In this document: piece after piece, positions 1 through 13,004 of the stretch
Layout of the letters: the number at the start of each line of letters is the position of its first letter
How positions within the stretch are numbered: the first letter of the stretch is position 1
Origin: Octopus sinensis
Lineage: Eukaryota
Length of the DNA: 64,000 bases
Assembly: GCF_006345805.1 (NCBI RefSeq)
Contig: NC_042997.1
Location: 125,674,001-125,738,000, forward strand
Direction of reading: 5' to 3'
Made by a program: the position numbers and the translations under genes
Notes under the pieces: model-generated
Databases searched by the model: none
Told to the model about the DNA's origin: nothing
The model's input: the letters and a program-made list of their open reading frames with translations, nothing else

Positions 1-470
1 TTGTATTTGTTTTGGAGATACATTATCATCTATCAGAACTGATGCGTTGATTAAAAGGTGTCTGTTTTTCTGACGATTCTTGATATCAATATCTGGTAGA
101 ATAGCCAGGATCTTCCTGTCTGTGAGTATTTGCATAGCCAAGAGTATGGTTGATGTTTACTCTCTGAATTTTTTCTGGTGCATGTGTGTCCCACTAATTC
201 TCTCTCGCTATTTCATAATGCTGGCATAACTTTCAGTCTATGTAAGTCCCAAATCTGTCATGTCAGTGGAGGTATTCTTTTTTAGCTAAGACTTGAAGGT
301 CAGAGACAATGTGGTTAATTGTTTCTTCTCCATCTTCACATATTCTGCAATTACTCTATCCCGCTTTATTACATACTTTAGCAGTTTTCTACTGGGGAGG
401 CTTTGATCTTGTACTGCAGTCCTTTAGTCTCAGTTTTTGGTCTTATACTTAGAACAATGGTCGGTAGTGC
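1..470 (-). pseudogene. Decayed R4/Dong-like non-LTR retrotransposon C-terminal (restriction-like endonuclease) region
   Basis: Manual minus-strand translation gives TDRKILAILPDIDIKNRQKNRHLLINASVLIDDNVS plus an upstream RRHDR..YI.WKLCQHY-like segment, matching the PD-(D/E)xK RLE region of R4-clade LINEs; broken by stops and frameshifts. Confidence 0.65.
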
Positions 471-504
471 AGTGAACACATAATGAATGCATGACTACTG
501 AATG

Positions 505-507
505 ATG

Positions 508-568
<61 letters not shown>

Positions 569-868
569 TAATAACCATTAGAGCATCACAACAAATCACA
601 GCACATACCCAAGGCACAGAGAGCTGCGCTTGGTAGTGAAGTGGAAGCACGCTATAAAAATAAAACTACTGAATAATAATAATAATAATAATAATAAATA
701 ATAATAATAAAATAATAATAATAATAATAAATAATAATAATAATGATAATAACCATTAGAGCATCACAACAAATCACAGCACATACCCAAGGCACAGAGA
801 GCTGCGCTTGGTAGTGAAGTGGAAGCACGCTATAAAAATAAAACTACTGAATAATAATAATAATAATA

Positions 869-915
<47 letters not shown>
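505..915 (+). repeat. (AAT)n array containing two identical 105-bp inserts (567-671, 745-849), probably LINE 3' ends
   Basis: GATAATAACCATTAGAGCATCAC...AAAACTACTG occurs twice with a 178-bp period, each copy followed by (AAT)n. Confidence 0.85.
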
Positions 916-1075
916 GAGATAGAGAACAGGAAGCCAGATATAGTTTCAATTGGGAAAGAAAACAAACTATGCTGGATCATGCCCAGCTGACAACAAGGTA
1001 TGCGATAAAGAAGAAAAGTCGATAGATATGACAGGTTGGCTTGGGAAGTTAAGCAGTTGTGGTCTTAAACAATGT
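915..1075 (+). pseudogene. R4/Dong-like RLE fragment
   Basis: EIENRKPDIVSIGKENKLCWI..CPADNKVCDKEEK..DRYDRLAWEVKQLW read across frameshifts (ORFs 808-990 and 950-1210). Confidence 0.65.
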
Positions 1076-1899
1076 TTCAAATTTTCTTCGACTACATCCA
1101 TCTCTTCAGCTTCTTTGAGTATTATTAGCCTTGTAGGAAATTTTCTTGCCATCGTTTTATCACAGCATTCTAGAGCCCTACTTTCAAATTTTATTTTAAT
1201 CTTTACATAATTTCTACTGATAGTTCTTCTTTTCCTCCTTAACAATCTGTTGTTTCTGTTTCATATTTAACTTCCTTATCAAGACAAGACCATTTTTCCC
1301 TTCTTTTTGTATTTTGTAACTATTTATATTAGTTACCTATTATTCCTTACTAGATATTTTTGTAGTCCTACCAAGATATCTTCTAGTAATTTTCCAGTTG
1401 CATAAGACCCCCTATTTCCTCATATTCGTAGTAACTACAATGTGTCTGTATCAGATTGTAAGTGTCATATTCTAAATGTAGTCATTATTTTTCCTGTTTT
1501 CCTCTGCTAATTCGTTTAGCGTCGAACAGAGTATAATATTACTATAACTTATTTCTGTAATAAGTTATAGATAGAATATTGATGTCTTTTATTTATTTAT
1601 TTACTTTTGTATTTAGCTCTGTTTTAAGCATTAACCTAATGCGTCTGTAATATTTCTGTAATAATCGCTTCTTTCATTTATGCATTGCACACTGCCTGCT
1701 AAATATTTGTATAGCTGTATTTGTTGTAATTCTCCTATCACAATTTGTATATCTATTATCATTATTAATCTGCATTCTCACAGCAGTAATAATGTTAATG
1801 ATTCTGACGGTTTTGTTCATTGAACATCGAGCCACTGCCTACCTTCAGATAATATGTAATACATTTCCTAAGTTTCTAGCTGTAATGAACTTACCTGTA

Positions 1900-2180
1900 A
1901 TCTGTAATGAAGTTACCTGCAATCTGTAATATTACTGAGTTTATTTTTATGCTGATTATAGAACAACTATTTCGTGATATTTTCAGACACTGTACCTAAT
2001 GACCCTGTTATAATAGGAATTAATTTTATCCCCTTGAAGTTCCAAAGCCTCTTTACTTCCTACTTTAGGTCCTGCTATTTGTCTGCCTTCACATATTCAT
2101 TTTAATTCAGCGTGATGTTGGATGGGCAGGCTCTTATCCAGTTCCAACTTCTATTATCTAGTTCTAGCTTCTTTCTCAAA
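1900..2180 (-). pseudogene. R4/Dong-like RLE C-terminal fragment
   Basis: Minus translation ..ACPSN..QDLK*EVKRLWNFKGIKLIPIITGSLGTVSE resembles the KY.DL..E..RLW..V.PIV.GALG motif. Confidence 0.6.
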
Positions 2181-2181
2181 C

Positions 2182-3015
2182 ACATCGAACTCGACATGAG
2201 CCAGCTTCTTTATTCCACTGGAGAGAAAAGTTGGACCTAAGAAGCATCAGATGTGGTGTGCAAGGGAGACGACTGCGCCGGTATGGCCATGTGGCGAGAA
2301 TGGATGTGGATAGATGTGTGAAAAAGTGCCACACCCTAGCGGTTGAGGGAACCTGTGGAAGAGGTACATCCAGGAAGACCTAGGATGAGGTGGTGAAGCA
2401 TGACTTTCGAACATTGGGCCTCACTGAGGCAATGACTAGTGACCAGGACCTTTGGAAATATGCTGTGCTTGAGAAGACCCAGTAAGCCAAGTGAGACCAT
2501 AATCTTGTGGCCTATTCTAGGGGTGCAACTACCCACTTATGCGTACCTTTCCATCATTAGACACTAAACTCTGCTTGCGAAGACCTGTTGAGGCAAATGA
2601 AATCGAAATCAAATTCGATGACTGGCATCTGTGCTAGTGGACCACTAAGAGTACCATACGAGCATAATCATTGCCAGAGCAACAAGCTGGCCTCCAAGCC
2701 GGTGGCACATAAAAAGCACCATTCGAGCATGATCGTTACCTGTGTCGCCTTACTGGCTCTTGTGCTGGTGGAACGTGAAAAAGCATTCAAGCGTGGTCGT
2801 TGCCAGTGCCACTGGACTGGCTCCTGTGCAGGTGGAATGTAAAAGCACCCACTACACTCTCAGAGTGGTTGGCGTTAGGAAGGGCATCCAGCTGTAGAAA
2901 CTCTGCCTGATCAGATTGGAGTCTGGTGTAGCCATCTGGTTCGCCAGTCCTCAGTCAAATCGTCCAACCCATGCTGGCATGTAAAGCGGACGTTAAACGA
3001 CGACGATGATGATGA
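2182..3015 (+). mobile_element. 5'-truncated RTE-clade LINE (ORF C-terminus, 3' UTR, (GAT)n tail)
   Basis: EKLDLRSIRCGVQ.RRLR.YGHV.RMDVDRCVKKCHTL.VEGTCGRG..RKT.DEVVKHD.RTLGLTEAMTSD.DLWKYAVLEKT, ending AACCCATGCTGGCATG...CGTTAAACGACGACGATGATG. Confidence 0.85.
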
Positions 3016-4395
3016 AGCAGATTTGTAGGAGCCCTGACTGTTGTTTTGCAAGATGTGTACTCCATCATCGTCTCTAAGTGCAGGTGGAACGGAGGATGAG
3101 ACAATTTTGTTTGTTCCCTCACGAGTTAAACATAGGGCTGTGACTGATGTTTTTATGGAAATAGTAATACAGCAGCCATGGTCTTCCTATCAGGGGCATG
3201 AGGCAGGACAGATAGGAGCAGATACTTGGTCTTCAAGATCAAGATCCAGCTTACAAGCTGACGTCACAGCGAAACAGTAAATGGATTTAAGGAATACGAA
3301 AATCACGACTAGAGATACTTCAACAGGCACTGATCTTTGACTTATCGCTAATTTTGCACAATACTGTTCACATGTGATAAGCAAGAAGGTGATCTGAAAG
3401 CAAAACATGCAGTCAGTGGTGTCTCTCTAGATCTACATATTTTGATGACCGTCAGAGACTACAAACCTATCCCGGAACTGTAAATCATTGAAGGAGTGAA
3501 GAGTACGTCAGTCAGAATTTACTCTGCATATGAGATCCTTTTACTTAGAAAAAGAAGAGCAACAGAGGAGCAGCATACATCAGCAGAGGTTGCAACAACA
3601 ATAGAAGACCCCAGAAAAAAAGACTACGAGTGGTGCCACCACTGTTTCTATAGTAGCACCAGACATAGCTCCAAATATAACTAGAGAGGAAACAAGTACA
3701 AAGGGCCAATGATAACCAAGAAGCCAAGAGGCTTCCTCCCCAGCACAGAGCAATCCAGAGAATACGGGTAGCAATGCCACACCATAGTCTTTGGACTATG
3801 ATGAGAAGGATGGAGTGAGATAGTAAGACTAAAGAAAAGTGGAAAGCTACTAAAGAAACAGAGAACAAAATGAATGAACATAGACAAAAGATATAGTAAG
3901 AGGTTAGAAGACCCTCATGAAGAGGTTCCTACCCAGTGGAGTTCCTAATCTTTACGGGAATTCGTGGGTAGAATCCTTGCCTACTTTATGGTGGCCCTAC
4001 GGGAGGACGTATAAAGACTACGAATGAAGTATTTATTGAGGAAGAGGAAGGGTTAAATCCAGCACCGCTAGGCTCTGAAAGCCAAAAAGGGATAAAAAAT
4101 ATATATCGTATAACCACTCGCCAACAACATTACCAACAACTACAACATCAACTACATAGACAAAAACTACAAATATGGCCACAACCACTATCGAAAACAA
4201 AGAACTACGAGAACAACAAAAACAGAAGACATTCAAACCTATCTTGACAGTCTTTCGAACAACAACCTGGAGGAGGTGGTAAATTTATAAAGATAGTCTC
4301 ACTAAAGGGAGGGATTTCGATAAACACTAAAAGCACTATCAGATACCTTTCTTACAGACACATTCAAAACACCGTATGCTAAATAAAAAAGAAAC

Positions 4396-5150
4396 TGGCC
4401 CTCCGTTGGTTACGACGGCGTGAGTTCCAGTTGATCCGATCGACGGGACAGCCTGCTCGTTAAATTAACGTGCAAGTGGTTGACGCCCCACATACACTCG
4501 TACCCTTAACATAGTTCTCAGAGAGATTCAGCATGACCCATAATGTGACAAGACTGGCCCTTTGAAGGCGGCGAGCTGGCGGAAACGTTAGCACGCCGGG
4601 CGAAATGCTGAGCGGTATTTCGTCTGCCGCTACGTTCTGAGTTCAAATTCCGCCGAGGTCGACTTTGCCTTCCATCCTTTCGGAGTCGATTAAACAAGTA
4701 CCAGTTATGCACTGGGGTCGATATAATCGACTTAATCCGTTTGTCTGTCTTCGTTTGTCCTCTCTGTGTTTAGCCCCTTGTGGGTAGTAAAGAAATAGGT
4801 ATTTTGTCTGCAGCTACGTTCTGAGTTCAAATTCCGCCGAGGTTGACTTTGCCTTTCATCCTTTCGGGGTCGATAAATTAAGTACCAGTTACGCACTGGA
4901 GTCGATGTAATCGACTTAATTCGTTTGTCTGTCCTTGTTTGTCCCCTCTATGTTTAGCCACTTGTGGGCAATAAAGAAATAAGGTTAGCCCTTTGAATTA
5001 CGGGTACAATTCATTTTTGTTAGCTGAGTAGACTGGAGCAGTGTGAAATAAAGCTTGCTTGCTTAAGGACACGACACTCCACCGGGAATCGAACTCACAA
5101 CCCTGCGATTGTCAGCTGAATACCCTAGCCACTAAGCCACGCGCCTTCAC
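4396..5150 (-). mobile_element. tRNA-derived SINE family C (CORE-like), split by a nested SINE-A
   Basis: Reverse complement of the tRNA-like head GTGAAGGCGCGTGGCTTAGTGG...GAGTTCGATTCCC at ~5150; the body continues on both sides of the insert; degenerate TSD (..GCCCTTTGAA) at ~4553-4565 and ~4985-4998. Confidence 0.8.
4566..4983 (+). mobile_element. SINE family A, dimeric form
   Basis: Head GGCGGCGAGCTGGCGGAAACGTTAGCACG followed by two core+tail units; related copies occur throughout the window. Confidence 0.9.
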
Positions 5151-5248
5151 CGTATGTAAGACGTGGACCTCTATGAAAAAGAAATAAATAAAAGCACTTT
5201 AAAGCAGGCTTTCGTAGAGCCCCCATCAAAAACTGAGAAGCTGGAATT

Positions 5249-5796
5249 GCCCGGTCGCGAAATTGTTTTCCTACGAAAGTTCCGGACCCTAGTTATGAAC
5301 TCATTTGCATACAGCCAAATCAGAGTTCAACTATCAAACTAATTTACGAGTGCATAACAAGTAATGGGTGCTAAGATAAGGTCACTTGGGTAAGGAATGA
5401 CCATGCTTCTTTTCTCTTTTAAGAATACTTGTTGTTCTTATTCTTGTTTCAACCATGGCTGCCTCTGTGTAGTTACTTGTGTTATTGTTGTTTACTTTCT
5501 AAAACAGTAAGTAGAGGGTTGCAAGCACATCACCTTCTACCTACATTTTCCCCATCCACATCTTTACCATATGGGGACCCTAACAAGATCTGATAATAGG
5601 TATAGATGCAAATCTAATTACTTGTCTTCTTCTTGGCGATCGGTCGACTTACAACACCGTTATTCGTCTTCAGTTTACTTGGTAGAATGTGTTTGTTAAC
5701 TTCACAAGGTCAAGATGAGCTCTGATTGGCTGTATGCAAATGAGTTCATTACTGGGGTTCAGAACTCTCGTGGCAAAAAAATTTCGCTGCCCGGTC
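5249..5796. repeat. Imperfect ~83-bp inverted repeat pair (5249-5331 / 5714-5796) with octamer and CCAAT-like motifs
   Basis: ATGAACTCATTTGCATACAGCCAA(A)TCAGAG on the left arm and its reverse complement on the right arm. Confidence 0.75.
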
Positions 5797-6849
5797 TTCT
5801 CGAAAAACAAGGTAAGTAGTCTTTTCCCTTTATTTTGCCCCCTCCCAGACGTAGTTATTCCCAGTGGGATGTATAAATGCAAGTTGCTTGGTGTCGATTC
5901 TGTAACAAGGTTATTTGCCGGACGACCTCACATCACTAGATTTCTTGGTCTACTAATGTGGTTATGGAGCAACTGCACTGGGTCATCCAGATCATATTGA
6001 GATATTGTTTGTTAGGTTAGTGGTCAGGGATAGTGAAATGTGTACATGATTTCAACTGGTTGGCTACATAAACCACAAATTTGTAATCTGCCCAGTTGGC
6101 ATGGATAGAACCCAGAGACACAGATCCAGCTTCTGAAAGCTAAAAGCATCGTTGCTTCGCTCAAAGCCTTTGGCGACTAGATTAGTGAATTAGTTAAGTG
6201 ACAACTGGTTTGATGTCGTCCACATCCAGTGTTGGGTTGCTCTGAAGAAAACGATTAGGGTCGAGTCAATACCAGTAGTAAAGAACTTGTTATAGAGAGA
6301 AATCGCTTAGAAAGGGAGTTAGTGAGCAAGCTAGAAGAGGCGATTAGGAAAGATATCGTAACCTTTGCTAGTAACGAGAATGATCCTTCAGCATGAAACA
6401 ACAACGTTGCATTGTTAGAGAAAAGGTGCAAGCTCTGACTGTGAAACTGTCAATGGACATGAGTGACATGCATACGATGGGGCAACTGAGCCACAAGGTT
6501 GAGTATTTGACAAACCAATATTCCAGATGCTGATGTTTGCTTGACCCAAGACAACAGTTCTATTAAAGAGATGAGCTGTGGAAAACATACCAAGTGATGG
6601 TCGGTCATATTCTTTCAACGTCAAGAAATCTCTGGTTTGTCTAGCACGTCACAATGGTGTTTAACAGTCATAGACTTATCTCTTTAGGTGCCGAGCTAAA
6701 AGGTTAATTAGGTTTAATTTTTGTTATTGTTACCACCTCGTAGTTTCACACAATGGTGCCGACTACCTCGATTTCGGCGGTGTCCAACACACTGACACCC
6801 ATGACTTCTACATGCACCGATACGTCTCTCCTGTATCTAATTTCAGACG

Positions 6850-7560
6850 AGGTGCCTATTAGCATTTCGGGGGCGATAAAATAAAAATATCAATTAAGTA
6901 CCATTGTCAATTTAATCCACTGACTTTATACTCCCAACATTACTTGCTTTGTATCTAAATTAGAAATTATAAGAGTGGCAAAAAGGCGGATCGTCAGAGC
7001 TTCGGAAAAATACTTCGCGGTATTTATTTTAATTTTCTTTTCTTATTTTTCTTTTTTCTTTTTTTTTTTCACTTTCTGGATTCGAATCCTGCAAGAGTCA
7101 ACTTCGCCTATTAACCCTTTCGGGATTGATAAAATACAGTACCAACCAAGTATTGGTTTCGAGGGTATCAACTAAACCCATCCCGATAAAAAATTGTTGG
7201 CCTTATGCCAAACAATTTGAAACCATTATTATTACTATTACTAGTTTACTTTACGTTCTGAGTACAAATTCCGTGGAGGTCGACTTTGCCTTTCTTCCTT
7301 TCAGGGTCGATAAATTAAGTACCACTTGCGTACTGGGGTCGATCTAATCGACTGGCTCTTTTCCCCAAAAGTTCGGTCCTTGTATCTAGAGTGGAAAAGA
7401 TTATTATTAGTTTACTATTTCTTCTAATTATCCTTATTTAAGGCGGTGAGCAAAATGGTTAGCGACATTTACGTCCTGAGTTCAAATTCCACCGTGGTCG
7501 ACTTTGCCTTTTATCCCTTCGGGGTCGGTAAAATAAGTACCCTCCTCAAAATTTCAGATT
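6850..7560 (+). mobile_element. Cluster of degraded SINE-A fragments
   Basis: Several partial matches to GAGTTCAAATTCC..GTCGACTTTGCCTTT..GGGGTCGATAAA.TAAGTACC. Confidence 0.7.
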
Positions 7561-7691
7561 TAGAGCCCAGAATAGAAATCGTCGTCATCGCCATCGCCGT
7601 CGTCATCTCTGGCTGAGTAATATTGCAACAATGCACTGAATGTTTCGAAATACGCTTGGCGCAATCAGAATAAAATAATAACAACAACAAC

Positions 7692-7726
<35 letters not shown>

Positions 7727-8774
7727 CGACGACAACGACGACGATGACGACGACGACGACAATAATAAAAGAGAGCAAATTTTTTAAAAAGCCATCTTCA
7801 TCAAACTGATATAACACGAGATTGATGTACAGTGAGAGAAGAAACGAAACTACTCTTGATTGTCTGAACAGCGTCATGGACAGAAAAGGAAGCGAAGAGA
7901 TCGGAGTGTCGGAGAGAATAAGCATGACTTGATGCATGTCTAATATATCTGTATATACCTCATTAGCAACTTTGCTGTGTAGGAAGAGATACCGAGGGAA
8001 TATATTTAATTCGTGTGATACCCGCAGAAAAGCAGATTAAACGTAATGCTCGACGTGTAAATTATAATAAACGTCGTAATTATTGCTACTGATAACGTTA
8101 AGATTTCTAAGCAAATAACACGCCGTACTGGCTATATATTTAGATTAGTCTGTCGTTTACTGCCGTTAATCTTAAGAGATTCTATAAACTTAAGAATCAG
8201 CCGCTGTGTTCATTATTGATTTTCTTACGTTTTCAACTGTCATTGTATAAATTTCTCATAATGGTTGTCTGCTAATGTGAAAAAGCAGACCATTACGCAA
8301 GGGAGATAATATACTAAAAATAATCACGGTTACTTCCCTTGTGTCTGTACAGTATCGGGTTTTTAAGGTAGATTCCGGATGTTGCCTGGGTTCTGTGATG
8401 TAATAATCCGAGATGTTTCTATTCACAGAAGAATTCAAATTTCTTTCCGAAATAAAAGAAATCATGAACAACGCAATTTCCACTTCATCTTTCCTAAAAT
8501 GGAACCATGCGTTGTATCTTCGTGAAGAAATGAATGCATTGACTTCTTGCTTGCATAGGTGCAGTGCAATATCTCGGGGAATATAGAGAGAAAAGAGGGA
8601 TGAATTATGAGGGGGCGATGACATTCATGCCTCACCCAGAATAATTGACGATGTTGATTAAAGCAATGTAATCCGAAATGTAAATTCTCCGAGAAATTAT
8701 AACATCAAAATACTCAGCAATACGTTCTATTGTATGGTTTAAATCTTAATACGGACAAAGGCGCGGATATATAG

Positions 8775-8893
8775 TCAGAAGCAGGTTACCCAACCACATG
8801 GTTTCGGGTTCAGTCCCACTGCATAGCAGCTTGAGCAAGTATCTTCTTCAATAGCTTCGGACTGACCAGAGTCTTGTGGGATGTATGTATATG

Positions 8894-8942
<49 letters not shown>

Positions 8943-9130
8943 CGGTATTTGGCCTCCCACCACCTTCAGACGACCGGTTGGTATATGTCCCCATAAATTA
9001 GCGGTTCGGCAAAAGGCATCCATAGAATAAGTGCCAGGCTTAAAAAAACTAATGATAAGTAGTGGGGGCGCTTCATTCAATTACAATTTCTTGAAGATGG
9101 TGCCCCAGTATGACTGCAGTCTAATGAGTG
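8775..9130. mobile_element. SINE family B pieces (minus head, plus tail) around (TG)n
   Basis: Family-B motifs ACCAACCACATGGTTTCGGGTTCAGTCCCACTG and GGTGCCCCAGTATGACTGCAGTC. Confidence 0.55.
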
Positions 9131-9389
9131 TACCAAGTAATAGAAGATATTACTGGTACCCATTATATACAATGTCATAGAAGTGGTTGGGGGGGATTGT
9201 AACCGACTATAACCGAACTTGACAGGGTTTTTATTTTATCAGCCCCTTAGAAAGGATAAAAAAAAAAGAAGTAAAGATTACCGAGACTGGATTTGAACTC
9301 GCTGTATGAAAAGAATTATTAAATACCACAAGATATTCTTACCAGCTGCGCTACTGATTCCCCCAATCTATCGATTTGCAACTTGCTGA

Positions 9390-9830
9390 TATTTCGTTAG
9401 CACACCGGGCTAAATGCTTAGCAGTATTTCGTCTGTCTTTATGTTCTGAGTTCAAATTCCGCCGAGGTCGATTTTGCCTTTCATCCTTTCAGGGTCGATA
9501 AATTAAGTACCAGTTGCGTACTGGGGTCGATCTAATCGATTGCAGCTCCCCGCCCCTGTTCCTCCCAAAAAATTTCGGGCCTTGTGCATAGAGTAGAAAA
9601 GAATATTTCTGTACCAGCTGGCAAAAACGTTAGCACGCGGGATGAAATGCTTAGCGGTATTTCGTCTGCCGTTACGTTCTGAGTTCAAATTCCGCCGAGG
9701 TCGACTTTGCCTTTCATTCTTTCGGGGTCGATAAATTAAGGACCAACTGCTTACTGAGGTCGATCTAATCGACTTGCCTCCTCCCAAAAAATTTCGGGCC
9801 TTGCGCCTAGAGTAGAAAAGATATTACTTA
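9390..9830 (+). mobile_element. SINE-A tandem copies with the alternative tail (..GGGCCTTGTGC.TAGAGTAGAAAAG)
   Basis: Repeated head/core units each ending CCCAAAAAATTTCGGGCCTTG.GC.TAGAGTAGAAAAG. Confidence 0.8.
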
Positions 9831-10479
9831 TATTCTTTATTAAAAACCAATATATTGTAACTATTGTTATTACTGTCGCTATTTTTATCATTATTATTAT
9901 TATTATTATACATGATATTTATTTGGCCATTTATATGCTGTTAATATTGTCATTATTATGATGTTGACATAATCACTCATATTAACGTTTATAACATGGT
10001 TTACGTCTTATTTATGTAGCCATTATAGCATTACGTAACCGATTTTCTATTGCCTATATTGTCGTTTATATGTAGTCTTATAGTAATTTATACATTGTTC
10101 GTATTTTCTTTATACGTTCTTTTATGATTGTTTATATGATATTTATGCTGTGATTTTTTAAATTTTCGATTATATGTTGTTTATATTGCATATATATTAC
10201 CTCATTTAGCGATATTTATAACAGCCGATATAAATGCTGGCTGGCTGGTTGGTTGGTTGGTTGGTAATCGTGATTTGCATAGTATAGAAAGAGAGGGAGG
10301 GGGTTGTAAAAAGGAGATAGAGAGGGCGTTGAAATAGGAGGCGCAGGATCAGTGCGCATGCTCGGTTTCTTGCAGAGATAGGTTTCGATGGAGTAGATTG
10401 CGAAAAAGATTTAGAAAGATATTGCAAGTACGAGGTCTGGTCAAAGAGTATTGGGACTGGTGCAATAAAAATAAAACAA

Positions 10480-10675
10480 TATCATCATCATCATCATCGT
10501 TTAACGTCCGTTTTCCAAGCTGACATGGGTTGGACGGTTCGACTGGGGTCTGGGAATCCAGGAGGCTGCACCAGGCCCCAGTCTGATCTGGCAGTGTTTC
10601 TACAGCTGGATGCCCTTCCTACTCTAAGAGTGTAGAGGGTGCTTTTTACGTGCCACCAGCACAGGGGAGCTGGCA
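10480..10675 (-). mobile_element. RTE 3'-tail fragment
   Basis: CATCATCATCGTTTAACGTCCG..CATGGGTTGGACG, the reverse complement of the tail at 2960-3015. Confidence 0.85.
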
Positions 10676-10679
10676 TTTA

Positions 10680-11150
10680 ATGTCTTTCGAAGTAGACCCC
10701 TTCTGAAGTGACGCACTTTAGCCAATGTCGTTTCCATTGATAGAAGCATTCTTAGAACCCTTTTTTTTTTTTTCGAGACAGTGAGCAGCTGACTCGTTAC
10801 ATTCTCTTGGAGAATTCCTTGACGTCTTGAAATCTTGTTCCTTTCAAATGGGATTCCTTCCAAGCCTTGATTTTGGGAGTCATAGCCATAGGTCCCCGAT
10901 TCATCCACCTGTTATAACCATTTTCAAAGAATTTTCGTCTTTCTCGACCAAATCAAGGAAATCCTGTGCAGTTGAAATTCGATCTTCTTTTTGAGACGAC
11001 CACATTCCACACACTTTACTTCCAAGTACTGCTATCAACAATGGAAGTGAGCGAGAATGTTATAACTTAGTGTACGCATGCGTGAGAGAGTTCAAGTTCA
11101 ATCTGTGCTAAGCGGCTTCACTCTGAGTAATTTATCTCTATTACCATAGC
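10680..11150 (-). pseudogene. Internally deleted Tc1/mariner transposase relic
   Basis: Minus translation ..FLDLVEKDENSLKMVITG.(D)ES.TYGYD.. then ..ESHLKGTRFQDV..QENVTSQLL..YQWK.RW.KCVTSEGVYFE, i.e. the mariner ITGDE/YD and C-terminal G.YFE motifs. Confidence 0.75.
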
Positions 11151-11504
11151 AGTAGATACTTTTTGATCAGACTCCGTATACAAATGAGAATTTTTAAATA
11201 ATTCTATTTTAGGTAATAAATATTTTACTTTCGAAAATTAGTATTCAAGCCATCATTTTGTTTAAATACCGAGAATTTTGAAAAAAATCCACATTGTAAT
11301 TATTGTATATCTACTCTGTTTCCTGATATTACCCATGGTAGCAAAAGTATTATTCCAAAGTTACCAATCATATGACGAGTAATACTCTTGAAACATAACA
11401 AAGGCGGACAAAAGGAGGGGGGTCCCTAATTTTTATGTGTAATTTGCTTGTAATGAGATTGAGTATGGGAGTACTTGATGTCGTATGTTGTATCCTGTTG
11501 TTGT

Positions 11505-11915
11505 CTTCTCCTTTTCTTCTTCCAATCAGGACTCACGCCGTTAGTCACAAAGAATAATCTCTAATTCGAGCCTACTCTAAGCTACTAAGAATGCGTGCGG
11601 CAACTTGAAGATCCACCCACCACACGCGATATAACTGGCGGTTGCACGGGCGCGAAAGCTTCGTTGTTATCCGCATTCCGTAAACGGTGGCTTTTAACGG
11701 GTGGAGAGCTGGGGTATAGACGATTCGCAATCTAGACTAGGGTCTGAAAGTTTACCACACCATACTGGTCCTCTGCTTTGTGGCAGAAGTAGGAAGAAAG
11801 CGTGAAAGAAAGTTGTGGTGAAAGAGTACAGCGGGGTTCACCCACACCGGAGCTTAGGTGTTTTTGCTCAATAAGCACTCATAATGCCCTAACCACTGTG
11901 CCATTGCGCCTCCAC
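11505..11915 (-). mobile_element. SINE family D (tRNA-like head, unique body, (GAA)n tail)
   Basis: Near-identical inverted copy at 24581-25066. Confidence 0.85.
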
Positions 11916-12059
11916 TCCCTATTATTGTTGCTATTGAATATTATCTGTTGTTTCCGGCAACTTACATTCAGGATTAAAATTCCGGACTCCGAGGTCATCT
12001 TTGCCTTTCTTACTTTCGCGATCGAATAGAATACTTTTTTTTTCTTTTCTTTTGTTCTT

Positions 12060-12260
12060 TTCTACTCTAGGCACAAGGCTCGAAGTTTTGAGGGAGGGAT
12101 CCAATCGATTAGATCGACGCCAGTATGCAACTGCTACGTAATTTATCGACTCAGAAAGGATAAAAGGCAAAGTCGACCTCGGCGGAATTTGAACTCAGAA
12201 CATAAAGACAGACGAAATATAGCTAAGCATTTCGCGCAGGATCGAATAAAATTCAGTGCT
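12060..12260 (-). mobile_element. SINE-A copy
   Basis: GGATAAAAGGCAAAGTCGACCTCGGCGGAATTTGAACTCAGAAC. Confidence 0.8.
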
Positions 12261-12399
12261 AGTCTAAGTACTGAGGTTAATGGTATAGACTCACTAGCGT
12301 CTCCTGAAAAAGTGCTGGCCTTGTGCCAAAATCAGAAACCGTATTCTGTTATTTTTGTTGTCTACATGCTGTTATTACCGTTTGTAATTTGCTGTTATT

Positions 12400-12700
12400 G
12401 TTGTTACTGCTACTGCTGCTGCTGCTGTTTTTTGTTGCTGTTGCTGCTGCTGTTGTTGTTGTTGTTGTTGCCTGTGTCTTTTTCATATCTATGATTTATA
12501 TCCCAAACAAGGCATGAGGTCTCTGTAACACAAGGAGCTACAAAGAAGGAAAAGGAGAGGCCCACAAATTCAAAAGATGTCTGTTGACAGAAACTTTAAA
12601 GGACTGAATATCACGGACCAGAGGAAAACACATAGGGAATTCCAGAGAGCAGCAGTTCAAGGAAAGAAGCTTTTAGAATAGAAAGAATTTATTACTTTAT
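12400..12700 (-). mobile_element. CR1/Jockey-like LINE 3' end with trinucleotide tail
   Basis: Minus translation ..SFFP*TAALWNSL..DIQSFKVSVNRHL across a frameshift, the typical FFPRT..LWNSLP..FK end motif. Confidence 0.55.
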
Positions 12701-13004
12701 TGCTAATGGTGGTGGTGGTGGTGTTGTTGTTGTTGTTGTTGTTGCTGTTCTTATGCAGCCAAGATTATTGGATTTGTGAAGGTACAAGGTTCATGACTGC
12801 CGCCACCACTACCACTGTCTCCCTCGATATATATCTGACAATCAGCGCTGAAGAATCTAACAGAAGACGAAACATTAAATGGATAATTTATATTTGACAC
12901 TGACTAAACACATCTAACCAGAATTAGTCGGAATTGAACCTGTGATGCCTCTACCTATAATCTTATGAATGTCTTATGCCTCCCTTGACTTTGTTATTTT
13001 TTTA

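Noticed and set aside
3020-4390. Unique-looking purine-rich sequence, with 5800-6680, possibly LTR/DIRS-derived
   Set aside because: No gag/pol/tyrosine-recombinase motif could be read in any frame, so it was left unannotated.
6730-6775. ACTACCTC (reverse complement of a let-7-like seed)
   Set aside because: There is no precursor hairpin and the rest of the mature sequence is absent.
8256-8624. 122-aa minus-strand ORF
   Set aside because: No domain similarity that I can recognise, and a weak acceptor (GAG).
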